A stretch of DNA of 64,000 bases from Elusimicrobiota bacterium (GTDB taxonomy: Bacteria; Elusimicrobiota; Elusimicrobia; UBA1565). Of this stretch, positions 9,651 through 16,062 are shown in pieces. The translations under genes and the position numbers were made by a program. Under the pieces are notes generated by a model, which was not told where the DNA came from, made no database searches, and saw only the letters and a program-made list of their open reading frames with translations. Within the stretch, counting starts at the first letter, position 1, and every line of letters begins with the position of its first letter. Location of the stretch: assembly GCA_003450735.1 (NCBI GenBank), contig DMEZ01000072.1:39846-103845 (forward strand), written 5' to 3'.

Positions 9651-12085
9651 ACGGGGTCCCAGGTGACTTTGCCGTTGGGGTCGTACTCGCGCCGCCGCCC
9701 CCGGTAGGGGCCGGAGGGAGCGCTGAAGTACCAGCTCAGGGCTGAATCCTCCTCCATGACCCGGACGTTGTAGGCCGCGCCAGCCCCGGCCGTGCTGCGG
9801 CTCATGGCGAACTGCACCCCGTAGAAGGTGGCCGCCGACGTGAGCGCCCGCGCGGTGATGAAGGACCCGGTGGTCCTCTCGACCATCCCGAAGAGGTCGA
9901 AGGTGCTGCTCGCGAGGCTCACTCCTCCCGAGCCCGAGAGCTGGAGCCCGTCCGGGTCGAGGTTGCTCATCGTGGCGTAGGCCGCGGTGAAGGCGCCGGA
10001 ACACACGAAGGAGTAGTAGGGGACGGTGCCCTCGAAGCTGTCCAGGAGGGCGTAGGCGGTGGCCATCCCGCGCAGGACGAGGCCGGCGCCCGGGGCCACG
10101 GTCAGCTTGCTGCGGCCGCGGTTGGACGAGGCGGCCGAGCCCGCGAATAGGAGGCGCTTCTGGCGGTTCTGGTCGGCGGTGGCCGCTCCGAGCACGAATT
10201 CGAGCCGGTCGCCTTCCGCGGGAGCCGGGCCCTGGGTGAAGCGGAGGGTGAACTGCGTGTTGGAGGCCGGCACGGCCTTGCCGCTCTGATCCCCCGTGAA
10301 CGAGACGAGGTTCGCGCCGCTGCTGGAGCCGTCCACGCGCCACTGCCCTGAGCGGTACACGATGCTGACGAGCTGGGTGAGAGCGTTCGCGTCGCTGAGA
10401 GCGCTGACGCTGGCCGAATGCCCGCTCCCCCGCACGAGGGCGGGGACGGTCGCCGTCGAGACCAGCAGGCGCTGGGAATGATCGAGGGTCAGGGTGCTGC
10501 CGGAGAGGAGGTAGTCTCCCCAGAGCCGGAGGGCGCCGAGCTCCTGATTGTGGCCGAAGGAGAGCAGGCTCTTGCCGGGGGCGTCGTACTCGTCGATGGC
10601 CGGGAGGCCCGTCAGGTTCACCCGGCGCAGGGAGAGGCTGGCGGAATGGGCCCCCGTGTCGATGCTCACCGAGGCCCCGTCCGGCGCGGACGCGTCGCCC
10701 AGGTCGCCCTCGAAGACGTCCGCGGAGGAGCCGGCCGCGGAGAGGCCGGCCCCGACGTTGGCGTAGGTGAAGTTCCCCGCCAGAGGCTTCTGGACGCCCG
10801 AGAGAAGATGGAAGCCGTCCCCGCCGTTGCCCGAAGCGCTGTTCTGCGCCAGGAAGTTGCCCGACGAGGCCCTCACGATGAAGCCGTCCCCGCCGTTCAG
10901 GTACGATTCGTTCTGGAGGAGCACGTTGGCGTCGGACGCCGCGTCGAGCCGCAGGCCGCTGCCGTTCTGCCCGAACACGAGGTTCTGGACGAGGAGGTTG
11001 TAGGGCGAGGCGCTCAGGAAGAACCCGTCGCCTCCTCCGGCCCTGCCGTTCGAGAAGAGCGCGTTGCCGCGGAAGGTGGAGCTCGAGGCGCCGAGCAGGT
11101 GCACCGCGGGGCCCGAGGAGAAGCTGATGGAGTTGTACGAGAAGGTCGCGTCGGAGGCGCCGAGCAGGGTCAGGCCCGTGAAGCCGCCCCGGAAGGTGGA
11201 GCTCGAGATGACCGCCCTCGCCCGGGTGGCGATGCAGACGCCGAACTTGTCCGGGGAGGAGGGGTCTCCGAGCTCCTGGAAGAGGGCGTGCGCGGCGTAG
11301 AAGCCGGTCGCGTGGCTGCTCAGGCTGCGGAGGAAGGAGCTCTTCGCCAGGTTCCGGGAAGCCACGCGGACGTTCCTCGTCAGGTTCACCAGCCTGAGCG
11401 TGCGGCTCGCGTCGTGATCGTACTCCAGGCCCTGCCCCCAGGAGATCGTCGCATTGTCCCAGAAGGTGATGATCCCGTTGAGGGAGCGGAACTCGGTCTG
11501 CTCCCCTTCCCCGAGCTCGGTGCGGGTGACGGCGATGACGTCGCCGGGCTTCCAGCCGTTCACGTCCGCGATGGGGAGGCTCGCCTGGGTGGCGTTCCTG
11601 GGAAGGCTCGCCTGGGGGATGCCGAACGGGGCCCGGGCCGCCCCGCGCAGGGTGAGGTTCCCTCCGTCCTGGACGACCAGGCCGTACTGGCCCGAGACCG
11701 TGCCGGAGGCCAGGACGATGCCGGCTCCGATCCCCGCGGGGATGGGGTCCGCGTCGGTGCCTGCGTCGAGCAGGCCCCCCGGCATGATGGTCAGATCGCC
11801 CGCCGTCAGGGTCAGGCTGCTCGAAGCGACCCGGCTCATCTTGAGCGTCCCCTTCACGCTCAGGCTCGCCGCGGTGGCCGCCAGGTTGTCGACCGTGACG
11901 ATGTGGGTGTTCTGGACGGTGACCGTGTCGCCGGCGCCTGGGACCACCCCGCCGACCCAGGTGACGGCCAACGACCAGTTGCCGCTCTGCGAGGACTGGA
12001 TGGCCGCGCTCTGCGCGCCGACCGCGCAGAGCGCGAGCGCCGCGAGCGCACCAGCCAGGGAGTTTATTCGGCGCCGTCTATCCAT
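1..12085 (-). CDS. Giant secreted adhesin/surface-fibre-like protein, partial (start codon at 12085, no stop before the window edge, at least 4028 codons): signal peptide + parallel beta-helix region + about 34 FN3-like domains
   Basis: Absent from the ORF track because the frame never reaches a stop inside the window. Reverse-complement reading from ATG 12085-12083 gives MDRRRRINSLAGALAALALCAVGAQSAAIQSSQSGNWS (signal-peptide-like). PbH1-like repeats follow (STFRGGFTGLTLLGASDATFSYNSISF, GNGGDGFHLL), then repeated FN3-like units (EGYLLQAST..DFSG...TLTVxGL...TTYYFRVGxLNW alternating with GADGYVVEAST..F.G...L.PNTTYYLRAGALWG). Codons checked at 10420, 9757, 8572, 5092 and 4 are all in register with 12085. 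Confidence 0.88.
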   Translation of the reverse strand, partial: MDRRRRINSLAGALAALALCAVGAQSAAIQSSQSGNWSLAVTWVGGVVPGAGDTVTVQNTHIVTVDNLAATAASLSVKGTLKMSRVASSSLTLTAGDLTIMPGGLLDAGTDADPIPAGIGAGIVLASGTVSGQYGLVVQDGGNLTLRGAARAPFGIPQASLPRNATQASLPIADVNGWKPGDVIAVTRTELGEGEQTEFRSLNGIITFWDNATISWGQGLEYDHDASRTLRLVNLTRNVRVASRNLAKSSFLRSLSSHATGFYAAHALFQELGDPSSPDKFGVCIATRARAVISSSTFRGGFTGLTLLGASDATFSYNSISFSSGPAVHLLGASSSTFRGNALFSNGRAGGGDGFFLSASPYNLLVQNLVFGQNGSGLRLDAASDANVLLQNESYLNGGDGFIVRASSGNFLAQNSASGNGGDGFHLLSGVQKPLAGNFTYANVGAGLSAAGSSADVFEGDLGDASAPDGASVSIDTGAHSASLSLRRVNLTGLPAIDEYDAPGKSLLSFGHNQELGALRLWGDYLLSGSTLTLDHSQRLLVSTATVPALVRGSGHSASVSALSDANALTQLVSIVYRSGQWRVDGSSSGANLVSFTGDQSGKAVPASNTQFTLRFTQGPAPAEGDRLEFVLGAATADQNRQKRLLFAGSAASSNRGRSKLTVAPGAGLVLRGMATAYALLDSFEGTVPYYSFVCSGAFTAAYATMSNLDPDGLQLSGSGGVSLASSTFDLFGMVERTTGSFITARALTSAATFYGVQFAMSRSTAGAGAAYNVRVMEEDSALSWYFSAPSGPYRGRRREYDPNGKVTWDPVGPPDSPSIYALAKTSVTLTYELTDAVAYVAQASTMADFSGTRFSSSTDNPALERLSLQGLDQNTLYYYRVGAVWGGTTYYQSTDPTNLGTLTREVANIEIKAVHISSATLCWNALSPAPQKDSSFGYQLAASTAPDFSGLTSVAVSQDPLVSTVTVYGLNPNKTHYFRAGGLNASGVPNHVGGGSGVTLSNGVPPPGLPTVRGVSTGTIQVGYLAVVAEGYVLQGSTDQDFQHIRTSATSGTFLTRLSLVNSPTSTIFPNTTYYLRIGAINMGATNFADVAPFSTSTLALPPTGLQVDRVYGTSMTVNWVPLPNTDMALASMSCEGYLLEASSKTDFTATILSTKTMNVDLSTLTLTGLMGRTTYYLRVGSLNWASASSTAPLVSTITLTGSAPTSTEVTGVFNSSLTYSYSLVGASGYVVQASTASDFSGTLTSTSTDNPGLAALTPSDLYPNTTYYLRAGAMWGYDILYASSRSAVTLANPVSNEQLYGVNFTTCVTMNWVPRPTADQQGSTSTSEGYLLQASTMSDFSGIVYSSSTPNVSLSTLTVEGLSAVTTYYLRACSLNWQSQANFYTAVYSTRTNGNDPPLSPVPSAVYRTSATVSFGLSGAPNYLVQASTHPDFFGTLFTANGVVSPLTVTGLSANTTYYLRAGAIASQVTSYALTTPVSTPTLTVLAANPQGAGIFFTSVTVNWNALPAAPQADSSEGYLLQASTDSLFRGALFSSRNSAVGQSTLSVTGLSTSKTYYLRVGGLNWAGAANFVPAGSGATLAGLAPVSPAAYASFKSSATIAWGLVSADGYTVDASTASDLSGTLFTASSLSPSADRLTPAGLAANTTYFFRAGALWGTSTVYASALSTSTLSADVTNAQAASIFITSATFNWTPLPAGPQADTAEGYLLQASQASDFSSGVKSSATPSVSLSTLTLTGLASDVEYRYRVGGLNWNGTPNFPGVLTFHTLAGPAPASPLLAGIGLSSAAVSYGAVGADGYAVQASTAADFSTVLSSASSGQTIQLAPQNLLPNTTYYLRAASNWGGTLLFSGIVLSSSTLANPVGGTPALSVFITSITAAWTPLPSAAAAGSSNSAEGYLLQASTDPGFRGVLFSSAALDVSASALTLRGLAVQTTYYLRLATLDWSSGANFRNLSSRVTLNGPVPAAPAASLHRTSATVSYGLVSADGYRVDASTAADFSGTVVSSATASPELDVLSPAGLDPNTTYYLRAAAVWGSTFSYASAQAAATLANAPSGVQQASVFYTSVTLNWAALPEAAQQGSSNSASGYLLQASTAGDFSGLLRSSRTPNVSLSTLTVRGLNAGATYYFRVGSLNWGSVSNPASGGWVRTSGGNPPGSPAVSAAGLSSATVSWLPAATQGYVVEASTDPDFEALLLSSSTPNAALAALSVGGLYPNTTYYLRAGGLEYGVTTYAGAFLSSPTLANLVSNVQTAALYATSFTVSWTRLPTAAEAGSSNTAEGYLLEACQNADFGGAVFSSATPSALKASLSVGGLSTRTTYYYRVGTLGHDGRAHYAGGESTATVAGPAPGSPAMGAPFRSSMSVTYTPVGAEVYVVDLSTAQDFGGTLFSSSTESGAGASLIVDGLQNNTTYYIRVGALWDGQVAALAASPGSTLARPLSDLRLVAVHYTSATLDWTALPDASAGQSFTAEGYVLQASTAPDFSGIVRSSSTSDVAQSTLTVRNLNAGTTYYFRAGSLNWQSAPDFELWVSSWTRGGSPPANPTVTAVYYSSASLAWGLSDGEAYVVEASTDPDFTGAFLSSASANPAQSSLAVLGLDTNTTYYFRAGSVKAGATTYAAATPESIATQARLVSGVEFKAVHVTSFTVCWVPLPAAAAEGSSSSASGYLVQASPEEDFSGAVYSSATLNVSLSTLTVSGLSTRTTYYLRVGTLNFGDRPGYVGPTSTRTAPGLGPLAPAAAQVSLTSMSVVYGPVGASGYSAEASTAADFTGTLVSSATASPSLASLVLTGLDANTTYYLRAGAWWDGAYIHSTAAAPASTLADAPEGFQAQVVFYTSATFSWAPLPAGPQASTAEGYLLQASTAPDFTGIVRSSWTPNVFLSTLTVAGLGAGVHYYFRANSLNWGSAENPTSPVDSLTVAGTPPADPVVAAVYESSVTLNWGTVATEAYVVEASTDPDFQAAGPSSATPNPALNALAVTGLDRNTTYWFRVGGLESGVTTYAAAVPGSTSTLARLALGGHTLEVFPSSLTVSWGRLPTAEEEGSSSSCSGYLLSASTDPAFRGVLFSSATPSVFQSTLTLTGLATHTTYYLRVGVRNWGGRENHSSISSTLTAIGPPPGSPSVFSVHRSSVMVAYSTVGAAGYALEASTDAAFRGTLHSETTLSPWVNALAVQGLDPNATYYLRAAALWEGAPSYASSLSTPTLARAVWAQQVALLGITSATLNWAALPSAAQEGSSSSAQGYVLQASSAPDFSGTLTSSFTANIALSTLTLSGLSSSVTYYFRVGTLNWASTPGFDDSLWALMLAGPVPGSPQAAAVHVSSLTVSFGAVGADGYVVEASTDASFLGLVHSSATPASPAQLSPTVFPNTTYYLRAGALWGGTTLYASVAGSTATLANLPAGLRFARVFITSAAIAWDRLPSAEEAGSSSTAEGYRLEGSTDQAFRGVVFSSATESVLQSTLTLSGLATQTTYYFRVATLNWNGTPSFEAADSTWMAPGPPPDTAAVYEAFGASLSVRFSLMSADGYEVRASSAADFSGTVFSSASASAGSLTLHSLERNTTYYFKAGALWGAATSYGASSSSSTLPDPASGFGFAAVFITSATLHWTPMPTAAQAGSTSTSEGYVLQASTAADFTGLVFSSVTTDVAVTTLTVRFMPGDTTNYFRLGTLNWPGAAHFAAAGSTLTLRGPAPAVQALVDAYVSSAAVSYGFTDGTGYRVEASTALDFSGTVRSSETPSALLQTLTVRDLLPNTTYYLRSAALWGGTPSYVPGAPLSTATLTNLAANLAVLQTHITSFTASWSMLPPPSVAGSSNTCEGYLLEASTAADFSGTVFSTASASAWSSTLSVSGLWTQKTYYLRLGTRNWTERLNFTSGLSTRTPIGPAPGAGAASVVFLSSLTVSFRPVGASGYVVEASTYADFSQAVHSSATTNGLLSALALEGLEPNTTYFLRTGALWDGEASTAPAGPASTSTLANAASGPDIASVFITSVTVNWVPLPGAALEGSSNTSEGYLLQASTQADFSGV

Positions 12086-12128
12086 GCGGGGACAGGTCTC
12101 TATTAGGGAAATAAACCGTTCCCCCCGT

Positions 12129-12157
12129 TATGTAGCCCTAAAACCCCGGAAAGTCAA
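12129..12157 (-). promoter_or_regulatory. Putative sigma70-type promoter of the giant gene (TTGACT-N17-TACATA)
   Basis: The minus strand reads TTGACTttccggggttttagggcTACATA in the AT-richer 94-bp gap between the mtgA stop (12180) and the ATG at 12085. Confidence 0.3.
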
Positions 12158-12179
12158 TAACAGAAAGGTTACAGACTTT

Positions 12180-12914
12180 TCAGGGCTGTTCGGGCTCCGC
12201 GGGAGGCGGGAGGCGCCCGGCGCGGCGCATGCGCTGGAGGTACACGTCGATCTTCTGCAGGGTGACGGGGTCGGGCTGGGTGGGGTTGAGGCGGTAGGGG
12301 CTGGGCAGGGCGGCGACGAGGGCCACGGCCTCCTCCGGGCTGAGGTCGGCGGCGTGCTTCTCGAAATAGGCGAGGCTGGCCGCCTCGGCGCCGAAGATGC
12401 CCACCCCCCACTCCACGATGTTCAGGTAGATCTCGAGGATGCGGTCCTTGTCGAGGGAGCGGTCGATGTGGCGCGCGATGAGCAGTTCCCTCAGCTTGCG
12501 CATGGGCGTCCTACTGGGAGACAGGAAGAGGTTCCGCGCCACCTGCTGGGTGATGGTGCTCGCGCCGCGGGAGAGCCTGCGCCTCTTGAGGTTGTAGCCG
12601 GCCGCCTGCCGGAGGGCCTCCCAATCCACTCCCCGGTGGGAGTAGAAGCGGTCGTCTTCGGCGATGAGCACCGCGTAGCGCAGGTACGGAGAGATCCCTT
12701 CGAGCGGGACCCAGACCATGGAGACCGCGGGATGCCCCCCCTTGGACAGCACCCGCCGGACGTAGAGCTCCACGTACTTCGTCGTTCGCGGGTTGTCCAT
12801 CCGCAGGACGGAGACGTCCGGCAGCCACGCCTGGTAGGCCGCCGCGACAGCCGCGGACAGCAGGAAGGCCGCGAAGACGGCGGCGAAGGTCTTTCCGGTC
12901 AGCTCGTTTCCCAA
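12180..12914 (-). CDS. mtgA: Monofunctional peptidoglycan glycosyltransferase (GT51)
   Basis: 244-aa ORF with a TTG start 4 nt after the addA stop and an N-terminal TM helix. GT51 motifs present: EDDRFYSHRGVD, GASTITQQVARNL, RKLRELLIA. Confidence 0.9.
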   Translation of the reverse strand: MGNELTGKTFAAVFAAFLLSAAVAAAYQAWLPDVSVLRMDNPRTTKYVELYVRRVLSKGGHPAVSMVWVPLEGISPYLRYAVLIAEDDRFYSHRGVDWEALRQAAGYNLKRRRLSRGASTITQQVARNLFLSPSRTPMRKLRELLIARHIDRSLDKDRILEIYLNIVEWGVGIFGAEAASLAYFEKHAADLSPEEAVALVAALPSPYRLNPTQPDPVTLQKIDVYLQRMRRAGRLPPPAEPEQP

Positions 12915-12918
12915 AAGC

Positions 12919-15900
12919 TCAGGGCTCCCTTAAGAGGATAAGCTCGAAACGCACTTTCCGCAATCCCAGGGCCCCCTCGACCGCCTTCGAGTAGAGCTCC
13001 CCCTGCGCCCCCTCCTTCGGGGCGCGGCCGGTCTTGTAGTCGTAGACCACGACCCCCTGCTCGTCTTGGCAGACCAGGTCCATGACGCCCCGTACGGTCG
13101 CAGTCCCCCGCCTCATGACGAAGGGCAGTTCCCGGCCAAGGATCTCGCTGGCCGCGATGCGCTTCGCGGCCTTGGACGCGAGGAACTTCTCGAGGAGCCC
13201 CCGGGCTTCCATGACCAGGGCCTTCTCGTCCTGCCCGGGCGCGTCGAGGCAGACGGCGCGGGCGGCCTCGGAGACGGCCTTCCCGAGGTCTGCGCCCTTC
13301 CGGTAGTCCCAGCGCTCGAGGACGGCATGGCAGAGGCTGCCCAGCAAGGCGGCGCGCGCCGACCGGGGCCCGCGCTCGCCGGATTCGCTCGCGTCCTCCC
13401 CGGCGGCGCTGGGCCGGAGGAAGAGCGGGGCCTTGGACAGGGCCTCCTCCCTCTTCCGGCGGGCCTCCCAGGCCTTGGCGAAGGCCTCCCCCTCGGGCAG
13501 GCGGAACCCCTCCAGGACCGTCCTGGGGAGGGACCTGCGGTCCTGCTCGGGGGCTGGGAGGGTCCTTCGAGGCAGGGCGCCGGCATCGTCGAGGAGCCCG
13601 GCGAAAGTGCCCTTGGAGCCCGGCCCGCCCAGGAGGATGAGGCGCTCCTTGGGCCTCGTCATGCCGACGTAGAGGACGCGGAGCTCCTCGGCCTTCTGCC
13701 GGACCTTCTCTTCGGCCGCGAGGACGGCCATCGCGGCGTTCTGAACGCCTCCCTCGCCGAGCCGCAAACCCACCGTCCCGTCGGCCCAGCGCACGAAGAC
13801 GGCGCCGCCGCCCCCGCCCCGGGGCGCCGAGGCCAGGTTGGGCATGAGCACGACGGGATACTCGAGGCCCTTGGCCTTGTGCACCGTGAGCAGGCGCACC
13901 GCGTCGAGCCCCTCGTCGGCGAGCGGGCTTTCCCCTTCCTCGTGCAGCTCCCGAACGGACTCCTCCACTTCCGCGATGAACTCCTTGAGAGTCGCCCCGC
14001 GCTCCCCGGCGTCCCAGGCAAGACGGCTGAACTTGAGGAGGTTCGAGGCGGTCTGCTGGTGGTGGTAGGCGGCCGCGGAGAGCTCCACGAAGGGCGTCTC
14101 CTCCATGACCAGGCGCACGAGCTCCGGCATGGGGCGGCGCCCCGCGGCCGCGTTGAGGCGCCGAAGGAGGGCGTAGAGCGGCTCCGCGACGGTGCCTCCC
14201 TTCCGATAGTCAAGCTTCCCAGCGCGGGCCAGCCGGCAGACCTCCTCGTCCTCGAAGCCGGCCAGCGGCGAGCGGAGCAGTCCGACCAGCGAGAGCGCGT
14301 CGTCCGGGTCGTCGGCCGCGCGCAGGAGGTTCAGGAAGTCCACGACCTCCTGCGCCGCGTAGAAGCGCCGCTCCCCCTCCACCACGTAGGGGATGCCCCG
14401 CCGGCGCAGGGCGTCGAGGTAGACGGGCAAAGGGCTCGTGACCCGCAGGACGATGGCGATGTCCTTGAGCGGCATGCTCGGGGGCCGCTTCTCGATCCAG
14501 CCGGCGATCCACTCGGCCTCGGCGGCCCGCGCCTCGTCGGCCTTGAGCTTGGAGCCCTCCGCGGCCTGGAAGCCCACCCACTCCACCGCGCCGGGAGCCT
14601 CCCCCTGGGCCGGGCCGGGATAGATGGGCAGGTAGCCCGGCTGGAGCCCAGCCCGCGCGCGCATGAGCGGCTCAAAGCAGCGGTTGACCGCCTCCACGAC
14701 TTCGGGGCGGCTGCGGAAGTTGGTCTGCAGGGCGCAGGAGAGGGCCCCGTGCCTCTCCAGGTGCTCCGTGAACGACTCGAAGGCGAGCATGTCGGCGCCG
14801 CGGAAGCGGTAAATCGACTGCTTGGGGTCGCCCACGACGAAGAGCTTCCCCTCGGCCGGCTTCGAGCGGCGCCACTCCTCGGCCGAGCTCTTCTCCCGCT
14901 CGCCGAGGAAGAGGAGCAGTTCCCCCTGCAGGGGGTCGGTGTCCTGGAACTCGTCGATGAGCAGGGCCTTGAAGCGCCGCTTGAGGTCCTCCCGGACGCC
15001 CGGCTGGCCCCGGACGAGGTCGCGGGCCGAGACGAGGAGGTCGTCGTAGGAGAGGAAGCCCCGCCGGCGGTAGAGGACGCGGAAGGCCTCGACGAAGGGG
15101 CGCACGAGGGCGACGGCGCAGGCGAGGAGTTCCTCCGCCGCCGGGTCGAGCTTGACGGCGACCTCCGCGAGGGCGTCGTACTCCTCCTCCCCCTCCGGGG
15201 GCCAGCTTTTGGGCCAGCTGGCCGGGTTCTTGGTGGGGCGGGGCGGACGCTCATGCGTCCGCCCCGCGGCGGCCGCCTCGAAGGCGCCCTTCATCCAGTC
15301 CAGGTACGCCAGGATGCTGCCCTTCGGCTTCGGGCCCGACCCCTTGAGACGCTCGCAGGCCGCGGCCATCTGCTTGAGCCGGTCCTTCATCTCAGGACCT
15401 AAGCCGGTCTTGTCCAAATCCACCCGTGGGCTCGCGAGGCCGCGCGCGAGGTCGTGCAGGACCTCCACGGAAGCCCCGGCCAGGGCCTTCTTCCAGAGCG
15501 CCTTGCGGGGAGGGGCCTCCCCGAGCTCCCGGTCGAGCCAGAGCGCCCACTCCCCCTCGAAGAGCTCGTCGAAGGCGGCTTCGTCGGCGTCTACCTGGAA
15601 GTCCGGCGCCACCCCGGCCTCCAGCGGGTAGAGCCGCAGGAGGGAGGAGCAGAAGGAGTGGATGGTGCCGATCTCGGCCCGGTCGAGTTCCTTGAGGGCG
15701 GTCTGGGAGAGCGCGAGAACCTGCTCGGGCGTCCGCTTGAAGCGCTTCCGGAGCTCCTGGAGCAGGTCGTCCATTCGCGCGCGCCGCTTCTCGTCGAGCT
15801 CGCCGCCCTCGATGCGGGCGGAGAGGTCGCCCAGGGCCTCGGCCAGGCGCAGGCGGATCTCGGAGGCGGCCTTGTCGGTGAAGGTGAGGGCGACGATCTC

Positions 15901-16062
15901 CTCGACCTTCGCGGGGACGCCGCCGCGCCCGCCGAGCAGAAGGGAGAGGACGCGGTCGATGAGCAGGGTCGTCTTGCCGGTGCCGGCCCCGGCCTCGACG
16001 ATGACGTTCTTCTCGAGCTCGAAGCGGGCGAGCTCCCGGGCCGCGGCGTCGCGCAAACTCAC
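12919..16062 (-). CDS. addA: ATP-dependent helicase/nuclease AddA (UvrD/PcrA-type SF1 helicase with C-terminal PD-(D/E)XK nuclease)
   Basis: Walker A EAGAGTGKTT, DEFQDT, VGDPKQSIYRFRGA, TVHKAKGLEYPVV, and C-terminal MDLVCQD...VVYDYKTG nuclease motif. The track ORF (to 16650) has an Arg/Pro-rich 196-codon extension. GTG at 16062 overlaps the addB stop as GTGA and starts VSLRDAAARELARFELEKNVIVEAGAGTGKT. Confidence 0.9.
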   Translation of the reverse strand: MSLRDAAARELARFELEKNVIVEAGAGTGKTTLLIDRVLSLLLGGRGGVPAKVEEIVALTFTDKAASEIRLRLAEALGDLSARIEGGELDEKRRARMDDLLQELRKRFKRTPEQVLALSQTALKELDRAEIGTIHSFCSSLLRLYPLEAGVAPDFQVDADEAAFDELFEGEWALWLDRELGEAPPRKALWKKALAGASVEVLHDLARGLASPRVDLDKTGLGPEMKDRLKQMAAACERLKGSGPKPKGSILAYLDWMKGAFEAAAAGRTHERPPRPTKNPASWPKSWPPEGEEEYDALAEVAVKLDPAAEELLACAVALVRPFVEAFRVLYRRRGFLSYDDLLVSARDLVRGQPGVREDLKRRFKALLIDEFQDTDPLQGELLLFLGEREKSSAEEWRRSKPAEGKLFVVGDPKQSIYRFRGADMLAFESFTEHLERHGALSCALQTNFRSRPEVVEAVNRCFEPLMRARAGLQPGYLPIYPGPAQGEAPGAVEWVGFQAAEGSKLKADEARAAEAEWIAGWIEKRPPSMPLKDIAIVLRVTSPLPVYLDALRRRGIPYVVEGERRFYAAQEVVDFLNLLRAADDPDDALSLVGLLRSPLAGFEDEEVCRLARAGKLDYRKGGTVAEPLYALLRRLNAAAGRRPMPELVRLVMEETPFVELSAAAYHHQQTASNLLKFSRLAWDAGERGATLKEFIAEVEESVRELHEEGESPLADEGLDAVRLLTVHKAKGLEYPVVLMPNLASAPRGGGGGAVFVRWADGTVGLRLGEGGVQNAAMAVLAAEEKVRQKAEELRVLYVGMTRPKERLILLGGPGSKGTFAGLLDDAGALPRRTLPAPEQDRRSLPRTVLEGFRLPEGEAFAKAWEARRKREEALSKAPLFLRPSAAGEDASESGERGPRSARAALLGSLCHAVLERWDYRKGADLGKAVSEAARAVCLDAPGQDEKALVMEARGLLEKFLASKAAKRIAASEILGRELPFVMRRGTATVRGVMDLVCQDEQGVVVYDYKTGRAPKEGAQGELYSKAVEGALGLRKVRFELILLREP

